From Antedon mediterranea (lineage: Eukaryota > Animalia > Echinodermata), in NCBI RefSeq assembly GCF_964355755.1, contig NC_092670.1:11084795-11148794 (forward strand): a stretch of DNA of 64,000 nt. Direction: 5' to 3'. The stretch's first letter is position 1. Every line of letters begins with the position of its first letter. The notes below the pieces were generated by a model. That model ran no database searches and had not been told where the DNA came from. It saw nothing but the letters and a program-made list of their open reading frames with translations. Below, piece after piece: positions 11,832 to 25,420 of the stretch. The translations under genes were made by a program, and so were the position numbers.

Positions 11832-14800
11832 TTATGGTGCTCTTTTAACCATCATAGCTGTCTTCTTGAGACTGCCGGCATTAGTATTGATATTGAAATC
11901 CTCCCAGTTGATGCTTGTCAGATCAATTATACCTGGTGTAATATAACGCCCATTCAGGGTTGATGAAAAACAGGCATTGTACCACCAAGCACCATGGTAT
12001 TTCTCGGCACAGTTACTAGAGACTTTCAAATCATTGTCTCTATCATACGTTGTAAATTGTTGACCATTGTGGTATGATCCCAAAGAGTCACCTAAACCAA
12101 CAAAAAAAATTGTATTATCTTCTGTTTACTAATAAATATTTGTTTTTCTTGGTATTATATAAAAAAGTATACACTACAATTCAGAATTTATGCTATAATT
12201 GATTTAATTTGGTTGTAAAATGGTATGCCATAGATTAAATCATAACGCAATTATATAAATAGTTTTTTTTTAAAATTTATTTATATTCTTTTATTAACTA
12301 TTCTTATATCAGTCTATTTTAATAGTTTATTTTATATATTTTTTTTTGTTTTTTACTAAATTAAATTTATAAAGCGCTGTACATAAAAATAACATAAACA
12401 TAAACAATCAATACCAACAATTTACACAATAAAAAATGCATAATAATATACAAGCGAGAACAGTCTTAAAATACACATAATGATTTGCAACATTGCACAT
12501 GAGACATAATGCACCATCTAAAAAAATAATTCTGCAAAACATTGCACAGGAAAAGAAATGCATTTCAATAATGAAGAAAACACGTAAGAAAATGAAAATT
12601 TTAAAGTGGGGATAAAAAAAAAATTTACATTGTAGACAGTTTATATTTTAATTATTTTTGCATGAGATTCATATCAATATTATTATTAGATTGTTTTCTT
12701 TTATTTTACAGATGTTTTTAGAAGCTTTTTTTTAACGTTTGTCCAACTTTAGTATGTTGCATAATTGGCCTACACTGTACAGTATATATGCCGTTATTTT
12801 TACAATGGTTTAATTTTCGCTAATCAAATTACGTAAAAACCAAAAACAGCTACAGATTCTTGCTACATGTCAGTTTTGCAGTTAGTTTATTGGAAGATTT
12901 TGTGATTTTAAAAATGATTAAAAAATATAGAAGCATTTTTAAAATTTACTTCTGTAGTACTGTAAATACAAAATGTAGGCTAGACCTTATACCCACTGTA
13001 TGGGCCTCAGCTACAATACAGGATGTTAATATGGGAGCTCGTCTAGGCCCCTAGACTTACCAAGAACACGTTTGTTGACACTTTTATACTTGACTTTTGT
13101 GATACAAAAATAAATAAGGTACATTAGGCCTAGACTAAAATGGAATCTGTGAAAATATCAACACGCGAAAACGTCAAGAAAGTAGTTAATCGCGATTCAT
13201 TCTGTATGAGAAAATATGGCCATTTACAGTTTCTTTTATTTCTTTGTTTACTTTCTTCAGATAAAAATTGATGGAATATACTAACTCGCATTTCCTGTGT
13301 ATCCACTGATTGTCAAAGCATAGTTAGAATCCTCAGTACCAACATGGAATACAGAATATTGTGCAAACTTTGTTACATCCAAGTGGTCCATCATCTCTAC
13401 TAAGAGCTCAAAACTGCCATCAGATGTTATACGGTTGATCTGTTCATTACCAAGCCAGAACTCTGTGTTCAAGTTTCCAAAACCCTCTTTGTATTCTGTC
13501 CAATTTCGGTAGAAATCAACTGATCCATCTTGTCTTCTCTGTATCACCTGATAATGAAAGGATAGTAATCTATATTCTACTTTACTAAAACATTGATAGC
13601 AAGCCCATCAACTGGAGTAAATAAAATTGAATGAAATGGGAACCTGACCAGTATATTACGATTAAGGTATGTCAATAGATTTTATTGATTTTCCAATTTG
13701 ACTAAAATACCATTTTACAATAACTTGGTTCTTATGAAAGTTTTGGAACATAAGTATAATATAATGTTTGGTCTTTCTGTCAACACTTCATTGTCAACCT
13801 GAACGTTTCCACACCCGTGTAAAGGCTTCCAAAGTGTTACAATGATTCTCTATATATCTATTTTCTGTCCCTGGCACTGTTTTAGTAATGAACTAATAAG
13901 CTGTGGCAATGATGTTGGATTTACTTCTAATTTCTTTGAATAAATTGTTGCCTACAGTATACTTACCGTCCAACCTCCATCTTCCCTCATGTCACAGTAC
14001 ACAGTAATTTCTGATCTTCCATCTCCTGGCTGTATTACATATTTACCACTATCAGCAGAAGGATTATATTGTAAAATGTCACCACAGTCCCTCTTAAAAA
14101 ATTTCTGTTTTAAAAAAGATTACTGATATATAGGTAAAATGCGACTGTATATAATAATAATATACCACATTTATATTGCGCCCTTTTCATGAATAAATAT
14201 GCTCAAATTCGCTTAACATTCATTCTTATATAGCGCATATAAGCAAGCTTTCAATGCGCTGCACATTATTACCCCGGTCATTTTTGGGATCAAACATGTA
14301 TGTAAACTACTCCCATAATAATGCAACTAGTAATCAGCGCAAGGGTGGAGAGAGGCAAATGTAAGTAAAGTGTCTTACCTAAGGACACAAGCAATGCGGA
14401 ATGAGTTGGATTCGAACCACGATCTCACGATCGGTAATCCAACGTCCAATCCACTGCGCCACACGCTCCTACAACTCTATAGGTCGGTCGGTCGGTCGGT
14501 CGGTAAACTCAAATTTGAGCACGCGACTTCAGCCATGTATATGGCCATGTTCTAGTCAATGTTTAGTTTTTAATGTGGGCGATTTGAATGATATCGGTGT
14601 CGTTGACTTTAATATAACTCTCCCTTCTATTACTCTAGGTTTCAGAAAAGAATATATATATATATTCTTTTGTTTCATCCACGCACATGAAATAACTAAA
14701 CCGCAAGATTTTATTTTAACTCTTATATAGAGAAAAGAGCTTGTATCTATAGAGGAAATTCAATTGATTTTTCCACAAATAATAATATAATAATATATTT

Positions 14801-17023
14801 CTTTATAGTTAATTAATTAAGTGTAAATGTGGATGATGGTCAAATAAGTCAAAATAGACTTTAAGCAGAGACCACCATTTACAAAACAGAGAAACAATAA
14901 CTGAAAAAAATTAAATAATAAATAAATAAAAGGTAGAGTGGTACACATATCTTCTTCGATGACTGTACATGTCATAAATCAGATGAGTACAATTTAAGCA
15001 AAAAGAAGTAGTGAGAAATAAACCAGAACAAAAGGCTTACCTGTCATACATCGAGACCAAATGCTTTTTAATATTGAATTTGAAGGAATTAAAAGTTGGT
15101 TGTGATTTTAACAAGGCCAACAGCCATAAGTCGCGTGATAAAATGCATAGTGATACCGGACCAACAGACCGACAGACCGACAGACCGACCGACCGACATA
15201 GTGAAAAACTAAAAAGGGGTCCAAACTATTCCATAGTTTTGGTCCATTATAAAAAAACGATTTTTTTCTAATTAAACTTATATATTTTTTCTATTCAAAC
15301 ACTTCTTTTTGCAAATCTGGTTGGGTATGTATAAATATCAGACTGTTGTTTTGGGAAATAATAAAAAAATGTGTTTTGGTAAGGAATTATTAATAAAACG
15401 ATACATGAAATTTTAGGTTTATAACTTATTGAGGTTAAAAACGTTGAGGACATTGATTTATAAAGTAGGGGTTTAGTGTGGGCCACACGTGTTAACAAAT
15501 CCTGAAAACACGTTTTTGCAATTTGTTTGTTTGTGTTATCTTTATACTGGGTGACCTCTTCAGTCAAAGACTGATCTCCCAGAGGGCCCAGTTGGTGATC
15601 AGTGGCTGTGATGTACTAATACACCGGGGTAACCCCCTACTCGTCTCGAAAGATGTACTAGGTTCTTTAAAGTGCACACGAGCAAGTTGTGTACACTGGA
15701 CCTACGGTTTATAGTCCTTATCCGAGAAGACTCGTTCTACCACCAGAACCATGGAGTGAGTGAGCCTCGAACTCGAACCCCTGTCGATGTTATGGCTACG
15801 TGATTACGGTTCCACTGTCTTAACCGCTCGGCCACTTACTCACTCACTCACTTAAATATGTTATCAATATTACTCGTCTCAGGACTTGTCCAGGGACACA
15901 ACTGAACAAATTTGTCGACCGTAGTGGCCCATGAAATATTGGAATAATTAATATAGGGTAAAATTAAGATGTTGTATAAAGACAGAAGAATTTGTTGCGG
16001 AAAATAAAGTTTTAGTTTATTCATTACACCTTTCTAGAAATAATATTGGAAATTATGTTCCTGTGTGGTTGCCAGGATAATTTGCAATCCAAAATTATTC
16101 AGAGAAATTTGGTTTCACTGACCTGTTTGATGTTATTATCAATTTTCAATTCAAAGTTGCCAGAGTTTGTTATTTTGTGATTGAAAAGAATAAAATTAGT
16201 TTTAGAAATATTTAAGGATAATTTATTAGCTTTGAACCATTTGGAAACATTAGATAATTCTGTGTTCATAATTTTAGAAAGATTAACTAAATTTGTATTA
16301 CTGAAGAAAATGTTGGTATCATCGGCAAGAAGAACAAACTTTAGTAAAGATGAACAGTTTGAGAGATCAATAACATATATCGGAAATAATAAAGGGTCAA
16401 GGATGGAACCTTGTGGAACACCACATTTGATTTTAGAAAATGTTGAATTATACGAGTTAACTGAAGAAAATTGTTTGATTGCCAAGGTATTTCCTGAATA
16501 AATTAATTAAATCTTTCAATTTAATAATCAAACAAAATCGTAACAATTAGACAATTAAAACAAATTAGACGCAAAGTCTAAATCTGACTGACTGCAGATT
16601 TACAAACTTTTTTTTATCGAAACATCTGTAAATCTAATATAACGAATATGTTGATGATTTGTTGAATCATATTACTAGAGTAGTTCATTTCATCAGTAGG
16701 CCTACACTAATCAGTTATGATATACTTATATCACTCACCTTTTCGATGTAACAAAATTCATGCTTTTTGTTGTTTTCAATTGTTTCTTTTTCCATTTCCA
16801 TTCGCTGCCAGCTGATTTGGCACACACGATCTTTCTGGTTATAGTTGACCGACAAGCAATAAGATTTGTCGGAACATTCCAGCAAACAATTTACACGGCT
16901 TATATTTTTCAACTCGTAACTCCAACCTTCAAGAGCCTGCTCTCGGATAACTGTATAAAATAAATTGCTCGAAACGATACTGATGACAAAAGGCAGAAAA
17001 AAGACAACGAAAATAGTATACAT
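11832..17023 (-). CDS. Secreted PAN/Apple + fibrinogen C-terminal domain protein (ficolin/tachylectin-like lectin), intact, 314 aa
   Basis: Four exons with GT-AG sites and matching phases: 17023-16739 (signal peptide + [20 protein letters not shown] motif), 14104-13967 (RDC..VYCDM..GGWT), 13547-13286 ([31 protein letters not shown]), 12091-11832 ([20 protein letters not shown]); total 945 nt. Confidence 0.92.
14220..14469 (-). mobile_element. tRNA-derived SINE
   Basis: A-box TGGCGCAGTGG, B-box GGTTCGAATCC, core GTGTCCTTAGGTAAGACACTTTAC, L2-like tail GCGCTATATAAGAA. Confidence 0.7.
14472..14552 (+). mobile_element. Short Helentron/HINE-like element with (GGTC)n
   Basis: ACTCTATA + (GGTC)n + CACGCGACT + GGCCATGTT, related to 33740-33859. 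Confidence 0.4.
15110..15203 (-). mobile_element. Short Helentron/HINE-like element
   Basis: Reverse complement of ~33768-33859; (GTCG/GTCT)n microsatellite, CACGCGACT and GGCCTTGTT end. Confidence 0.5.
15541..15850 (-). mobile_element. tRNA-derived SINE with Deu/Nin-like central domain
   Basis: A-box TGGCCGAGCGG, B-box GGTTCGAG, central TCGGATAAGGACTATAAACCGTAGGTCC...GAGTAGGGGGTTACCCCGGTG; near-identical copy at 51517-51813. Confidence 0.8.
15930..16490 (-). mobile_element. LINE (CR1/L2-group) reverse-transcriptase fragment
   Basis: [35 protein letters not shown] in ORF 16099-16485. Confidence 0.85.
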
Positions 17024-19277
17024 TGCGACGTTTTTAGAAATACGTATTGACCAACGGATTTTCCTTCAAGTGCACGTACGTACGCTGTATTTGTAGTAAC
17101 AAGAAGCTATATTTTTATCTAATATATATGTTGTTCCATCCAAGTAGAGCTCTGTCTGCACCAATTGAATAGTAATAATATTACACGATTTACATAATAA
17201 TAAGAGAAAATAACCAATAAGTGCGCATGGTAAGTTATTACCAAAACGACCAGGCCCAATCACAACGCAACAATTTGTCCTCTAGGTCAAAGTTTAAATT
17301 GCATTTGTCCGATAATTATCCGATTTGAATGAGATAATTTTCGGATCATTTTTTTTATATGATCTGTTTATCGGTAAATTATCGGTTAATTTTTTGCTGC
17401 AGGAACACGGCCATAATTCATAATTAATTCTCCATAATTCTAGAAAGGGTACTTGAAAATATAATATGTAAATTGTTTATAATAATATCAATAAGCTATA
17501 TAGGCCGCGTGGGAGAAATTAAACAAGTTTAAAGTTATCGCGACGACCTAAATACTGCGCCTGACGCTATCTCAAGTCTCGTCGGGATTCAGCTGTTTGA
17601 GTTGGCCTTTAGTCGTTGATAAAAATTATAAAAAGGATCTGGCCTAACTAAGATCTTGACAGTTGCCACCATTTGAAGAGAGGCATGATGAAAAGTAGGT
17701 ACCCATTTTGGTCTGATGCAATCTGTTTGTCAGAAATACTTAAATCCAAGAACTTCATCAACGTCCAGTTTCTAAGCTTCTCTTTGATATTGGTGTAAGT
17801 TCATAGGCATTTCTATTAGTGAATCAAGAGCATCATGAGCTTCTAAATCTTAAAAGAATTTAGAATTTAAAGAACCAGTCATTAAATTTAGACAATTCAT
17901 AATTAAAAGTATTAAATAAAATGTCAACATTAGAAGATGAATAAAATAGTAGTATTGTCGGCGAAGGATATCACTTAAACTTCTCACTGACATTAGTCAG
18001 GTCATTAACGTAAAAATAAAATTTAGGGGAGGAGACACCCACAAGTGATATCCTCGGTCGATTATTTAAATGATTGGATAGAGACAAATTGTTTCTGCCA
18101 TCCAACTAACTCAAGAAGCAAATGCTTAAAGGAGTGCCTCCCACACCATAATTTTCGCAGTTTCTTATTTTAAATAGAATGGTTAATTACATCAAACAAA
18201 TTTCTCTATCAAATAATTATTTGATATATACACCAATATAGATGAGCTTTCACGCTAATATTGCTCTATGTTGTTCAATAGAAGTATTATTATTAAGAAG
18301 ACAGCATGAGCAGTTAGAGTGACCTTTGCGAAATCCATATTGATGATATTAATTCAGAATATTTAACTTAACTGTCCAATAATCATAAAGTTGGGAATGC
18401 ATAATTTAGTAAAGTAAGGAAATTTGTCTATAATTTTTTAAGGATTTGGTATATCTTTTGCCATTTTTAAATAAGCAAACACCATTCATTCAAATTTTCC
18501 AGAAGGGACTGCGTAATAGGTAAAGAGTTTCTTGGAACAACTTCACCAAGAGTGGATCGACATATTATTTGAATCTTCAATCGGGCCGGCATTAATGAGA
18601 GCAAGAAATAATACCGGCCCAAGTACCACATTTAGTAAGAGAACTGGATGCCGGCAAAAATGGTTTTCATAATACTGATAAAGCTGCAGATGTAATGATT
18701 GGAATTAGAGACCTCACCCGAGCTCAATTAGAGTAATATTTTTAGTAATATAATGATCAACACAATCGAACGCCATCATAAAATTAATAGCACTTAGATA
18801 ATAACATAATTATCTTTATCCACATCCTAAATAACAATGTAGGGATCATTATACTTCATTTATGTATACAGTAATTGTACATTTAAATTAAAGAAAAGAC
18901 AAACATTCAGACAGAACTTGAAAGAACTCTACTAAAACCAGTAAGTAATAATAATGATAATATTTGAAATTAAATTTTTTTTTATATTATATAATATAAA
19001 ATTTTTACCTCGTAACATTCGTAATGATCTTCTTATTGTATGATACTTTGAACCCTAAGTTTTACCTAAATGTAAATTGGATTAAATGCTATTTAACATT
19101 TTAATTACTTGAATACTGCCATATAGCCAATAACTGCTTGAGGCAGAAAACCACATGGTTAAATCCAGCTAAACGCTCTAGAACGTTATTTAAGTGTATT
19201 GAGACAATTGTAGCGCATATAACGCATGCGTATGCGTGCTTAAACTTTATTTTTGATGTAATTAGAATAAGTTTCAG

Positions 19278-19305
19278 CATGGATTAAAGAATAGTTTAAT
19301 CCATG
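19278..19305. mobile_element. 28-bp micro-MITE with P-element-like termini
   Basis: CATGGATTAAA-GAATAG-TTTAATCCATG flanked by 7-bp direct repeat GTTTCAG (19271-19277, 19306-19312). Confidence 0.7.
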
Positions 19306-19989
19306 GTTTCAGGCACTTTTTTAAGCGGTTAAAGAATTGCTATGAGTGCGCAGATTTTTGCACGCGCACTGCGCGTTAAGCGTTAATACGCACTCTTTTT
19401 GCCCGATTTCTGTTTTACAACCTTTCTTTAATAATTTCATCATATTTTATTTTCAACTTAAAACCACGTTATACAAGCACGTCAAAAGTGACAGGCTACG
19501 CAAGTGTAAGTTAAGAAAATGGTGAAAAGAGGCTAAATTTTAAAATTAACATAGGTCGTCCGAATGTTCGAGAACCCCTATTTTGTATTTTCATAAACTG
19601 TATGTATCATATGTGTGATTTATTATGAAATTAAGAAAAAATATGTTGATTACATCATTAATTAATTGAATATTAAATTTTTAAACATTAATTTCGACAA
19701 TCAAGACCAAAATAACAAAATTAACATTAACCTTCTTTAAAATGTTCATATATTAACGTTGGAATTATATACTTTGACAGTGCATCATTTTTTTGTTAAA
19801 GATGTCATCATAGTAAAAAAAATATGATTCATTGCGGTATGTAACATTACTATCTGCGCCAAAGTGGTTACTGTATAGTAAATACAATGAGGAATCTTTC
19901 TTCAACTTTTATTCAGGTGTGGTTTGAGGGATCTTTGACCGGGTTCCGGCTATTGTATTTGCGCTACCAAGATTGTATCTTTCATAATA

Positions 19990-21418
19990 TCTATATATAA
20001 ATAAATAAGGGCAAAATTCGGTAAATCGCGCCTTACTTTTAGAATTTTTACTCGATGGTATATAAAGTTGGTTCGTACTTTCGGTACTGATTTTAACCAC
20101 CTGATGTAACCCTGTTTACTAATTAAATTAAGTTAGATAATTAGTTATTGACGATTAAAACGAATTTAGGTTCAACGATTTGCCCCAAATAGGGGTGTTT
20201 TCAGATCGTGGTATACACTGTCTAATGGATGTCCGTCTTGAAAAATACCCGCCACAAAAATGCGAGGAGGCTTCGCATTTTCCTATCTCCTCCTACGATA
20301 ATTGATTTTAATAGCTGAAAACTGGTTGAACAGCTAGAGTACAGCATCATAATGTTGAAGACAGGCCGATTTTCTTAAAAAAATACTATTTTGATAGATT
20401 TAATATACGATTGTACAAATGTATTGATTTGCGATGAATGGAACATCCCAATCTCTCAGTCTGCCAGAGTTTGGTTTAACACAAGTAGGTAAATTTATGA
20501 GCCCTTGGTTTAACACATACGGTAGGTAAATATATGGGCCCTTTGAGAATAAACTTGCAATACTTTGAAAATACTGTAAATACCTATTAACTATTTTTGG
20601 TCCTCATTTGAATCGAACATTTCTTACTGTGAATGTTCGTACTGTAAAAATATATACAAATAATCTTTATTACTTAGATTGTGGTTAGGCTCTACTGTTA
20701 GATATATAAACACATTATTATATACAAATAAACTTTATACTGACAGTTCCTTCTCAACGTTTGTTTAATTACCAATAATATAAACGTCGTAGTGGTGTAT
20801 CGTGACATGTACTTTAATATTTCAATCGATTATGACAGTGACAGTTTTAACAAAGTATTAAATCGCAAATGTTTTACTGTATGTAGAGGTATATTATTTA
20901 TAGGCCTATAAAACATGATTAAAATATTTCGTTACTGAGTGGATAACGAATATATTTAAAAATTGTTCCTCTTTGTACCTATCCGCTTTTCTATCCCTCA
21001 ACCCTGTTACATACAAAACAAAAAAATCGGTTTCTTTAAATGAGTCCAAATCAAAAATTTTATTTTAGGATTCAGCCAAGTAGCATTTTTTGCAATTAAA
21101 ATCTCATTACATGGAATCTCTTTGTTGTTATACAACACACTTCTCGAAGGCGTGTAGAATATGCGTGTAATAGCGTGTTGTATAAACGCGCCCTTTGATA
21201 AGTTTCTCCTTCGGAAGTAATTCCCAGGGTGCTAATTTTAGTTGACTACATAAATCATCGTGTCTATTTATTCGTTTCTGTAAACGACAATGTATTATAG
21301 TCCTGCGGTACGTACATTTGAAATCGCCAGTTTTGCTACGCTGAAATTACGGTGTATTCGAGAACCATCTGTGGGTACGACCTAGATGGTACACGAGTGA
21401 AGCGAGCGTACCGTCTAG
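19990..21418 (+). mobile_element. Non-autonomous Helitron family A, full length
   Basis: A|TCTATATATA 5' end; 3' hairpin GGTAC..GTACC then CTAG|T; inserted between A and T with no TSD; two more copies in the window. Confidence 0.85.
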
Positions 21419-23563
21419 TTATACATAATTAACGATCATGACAAATCAACATATCTTTTAAAAAATCAATTATCTTTATTTAAAGCAATGCATATAACCG
21501 ATAATTCGTCATAGTTCCGAATTAAATCTAGGTTAACTTTGTTGTACAAGGGTAGCTCTGACAGCTGTACTATGCTGCAGTACAGGTGACTTACAGAGGC
21601 CCTCTTAAAAACAATACAAAATGCCTACTACATTCAAGCATCAAATTACAAGCAGATTCATAAAAGTTAAAATTACATACAGATCACAAAGTTAAAATTT
21701 ATACAAAAACAAGTTTGTTTTTGCTGAAAGTTATTTTTGAGGCTAATACATTCAAAGTTGAATTTTGTAGTAGTTTATTTGCTTTTTAATGTTTATATAC
21801 TTTCACCTTCACCTTGTACATAAACATTCATCTTGTGTTTGCTTATTTCACTAATTTCTATAAAAGCCAATATAATAAGATATATAACATGTAGGCCTAC
21901 ATTCATTGTAAGTTTATATTTAATTTTTAATAATTTCTACAGACTACAGCAAATATCTACTGAAAATACTTTTAAAATTTGATTAAACTACTAATTATCA
22001 TTAATAAAGATTTTATTAATAATTAAAAACAATAATAATAATGTTACTATTATGTATAAATCTAATTATAATAAAATTAATAATGTTTTTGTGATAATTT
22101 ATTGTAATCACAGTTGATAAGACTTGAATATATTGTTTGGTATAATATTTAAAAATGATTAATAATAAAACATTCATTGTTAATATTATATGATTTAAAA
22201 TACAAAATTAAAAAATCCATATAGCCTAATCCATATAATGAATTTTTAACAAATCACAGTTGATATTTTATTATTAATAATCAATACTTGCAGTTTCTGT
22301 TTTTTGTTATGGTGCTCTTTTAACCATCATTACTGTTGTTTTAAGACATTCATCAAAAGTATTCAAGTTGATGCCTCTGTTATCATTTGCACCTGGTGTA
22401 AGGTATAGACCATTCAGGTTTGAATCATAACAGGAATTATACCACCAACCACCTTTGTAAGTTACAGCACAGTTACCAACCCACACATCATTGTCTATAT
22501 CATCCGTTGAAAATTGGTAATCATTGTGCTGTGTCAAACGGTCGCCTACACGAAAAAGATATTAGATCATCTTTAGTTTACTTCATAAATCTTTAAATTA
22601 ACATTCATTTTTAAATATTTGTTTTTCTTTGTATTATAAAATAAAAGATATTTGATATAAAAGGGAAAATATGACACTAGAACCAGAAATAACACATATA
22701 TCCCCAACCACAACACCAACTATTTTCAACATAGAATTAGATATTCTCGACCACTCATGTTTAACCATTTACCCCCTCAATTTCTTTTGCTGCTACTGCT
22801 ATCTATAAGAAAATTAAAAATTAACTTTTGTCTCATTTCTAAATCGATCTGTTTGATATGGTCGTTTTATGTTCTGTGACGTGCTAGATTTAATTATTCA
22901 TTGTGTCATCTCATTCGTTCTATGCCCTGTAGTTGTACTTATTTCATTTTTACTCTTTTTTTTCATTATTTTTAATTTAGTTTATTAACTTTTTTAATTG
23001 TATTTACTTTTTTCAAAATTGTCTATTTTAAATTAATTTGTAAGGGCAATCCCGTCACAAGATTTACATCTTTCTGGGATCTGCTATTTATTTCATTATC
23101 TCTTGCCATTGTTGTTTTTTGTTACTTTTTGTTTTTTGAACGTTAATAAATGTTCTTTGAATTGAATTGAAGAAAAAACAAGTTATATGAAACTGTACTA
23201 GAGTATATAAAAACACTATGATTTTTATTTTGAATTTTAATTTCGTGCACCAGATATATCAACTTTGAAGTCCTCGGAGTGGCCCCTAGTTATTATCACT
23301 GGCTCCTTGTTTAGGCCCGGACCACTGTTTATTACATTAAAAAAAAAAGGTGATGAATGCAAAAACAAAAAAACTTTAATGTGCGAGTAAACTATGTTAT
23401 TGTAGGGTACAAGGAGTGTCATTCCCTGTGTTTTGTCTGATTCATTTTACAAAAAGAATCATTTTGGACAGGGAATTCTATAATTCTGTAGTTACTGGCA
23501 GTAATTATTATTTTGTTTACTCTTTATCCTGTTTGTGAAATTATTTAGAAAGCTTGTTTGGAT

Positions 23564-24416
23564 ATTAATCATACACATACTGTTGCATTAACTGCCTCAT
23601 AAATGCCTACTACATTAATCTTACACATACTGTTGCATTAACTGCCTCATAAATGCCTACTAAATTAATCATACACATACTGTTGCATTAACTGCCTCAT
23701 AAATGCCTACTACATTAATCATACACATACTGTTGCATTGACTGCCTCATAAATGCCTACTACTTTAATCATACATATACTGTTGCATTGACTGCCTCAT
23801 AAATGCCTACTACATTAATCATACACATACTGTTGCATTAACTGCCTCATAAATGCCTACTACATTAATCATACACATACTGTTGCATTGACTGCCTCAT
23901 AAATGCCTACTACATTAATCATACACATACTGTTGCATTGACTGCCTCATAAATGTCTACTACATTAATCATACATATACTGTTGCATTGACTGCCTCAT
24001 AAATGCCTACTACATTAATCATACATATACTGTTGCATTGACTGCCTCATAAATGCCTACTACATTAATCATACATATACTGTTGCATTGACTGCCTCAT
24101 AAATGCCTACTACATTAATCATACACATACTGTTGCATTGACTGCCTCATAAATGCCTACTACATTAATCATACACATACTGTTGCATTGACTGCCTCAT
24201 AAATGCCTACTACATTAATCATACACATACTGTTGCATTAACTGCCTCATAAATGCCTACTACATTAATCAAACATATACTGTTGCATTGACTGCCTCAT
24301 AAATGCCTACTACATTAATCAAACATATACTGTTGCATTGACTGCCTCATAAATGCCTAATACATTAATCAAACACATACTGTTGCATTAACTGCTTTAT
24401 AAATGCCTACGACATT
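23564..24416. repeat. 50-bp minisatellite, ~17 copies
   Basis: Unit ATTAATCATACACATACTGTTGCATTRACTGCCTCATAAATGCCTACTAC. Confidence 0.95.
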
Positions 24417-24869
24417 AAAACAAACTAAAATCAGTAAATGTAGTTACTGCAGTAAATGCAGTATAATAATTTTAACATGATCTATTGATAAGATAAGTTG
24501 TTGTACTGTGAGTGCATTTGAACATTTTAATAGCGAATCATTCTGTATGCGAAAATATTGACATTTAAAGTATTTTTTTTATTTCTAGCCTAAATAAGTT
24601 CCAAATGCTTTAATGAGATTTCTATCCTTTTTTTTTTTGTCTTATGTAGGATCGACCCACTTTTATTTCCTCATCAGTAAACATTTTCATTTACAATGCA
24701 TTGCACTTAATAATAGTATAATGCAAATACAACTGACATTTAACTTTCAATTACTATTAATAATTATCAACTCTCCCACTATTGTATCTTTAAGTACAAT
24801 AGTAAAAAAAAAAAATCATCTTTCCCTTATATTTTGTACAATTCTACATTGATTTTACTTAACAATGTA

Positions 24870-25420
24870 AGTATGTTTATTACCTAATTCATTTAAATCA
24901 TCTTGAAACTTTTGTCTTTCAAGAAATCACGAATGGTTATATTTTACTTACATCTAAATATTAATTTTATAAACGTTAATGTTACACTTTGCTAAATTGT
25001 TACGGTCCATATCTGACCACATTTTATTTGTCTTATCTTTGTTTATTAAAAACTTATTTCTAACTCAGCAGTAAACATTACCCATAGACATTTTTTCACA
25101 AGAATGTGGCTGACTTTACTTTTATAAATAAAAATGGTAAAACGGAAAATATTTCTGACATATTATTTTTATAAGTACAATTTTCTCCCATGTAACTTCC
25201 TGTGTAAATGCAAAACATGTTTCAAACATTGCACAACATTTTACCCAGCAATACTTTTTTTTCTTCATTTTCAACCTCCTCATTACAATATTCAGAAGAA
25301 TTGATATTGGACAAGTTCCATAATTTTAGCTTACACTTAGTTGGTAAAGTATGTCTTTCTATCTTTTTACAATATATTTTTTTACAATATTTGCAAATAG
25401 AGAAATTTATTCATTAAAAA
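24870..25420 (-). mobile_element. Degraded L1/Tx1-like LINE 3' fragment
   Basis: Patchy minus-strand translation (..KLKLWNLSNINSSEYCNEEVENE..) resembles the C-terminal region of ORF 35364-35879. Confidence 0.4.

Noticed and set aside
23564-24416. 50-bp repeat as a CRISPR array
   Set aside because: Head-to-tail units without spacers; ordinary minisatellite
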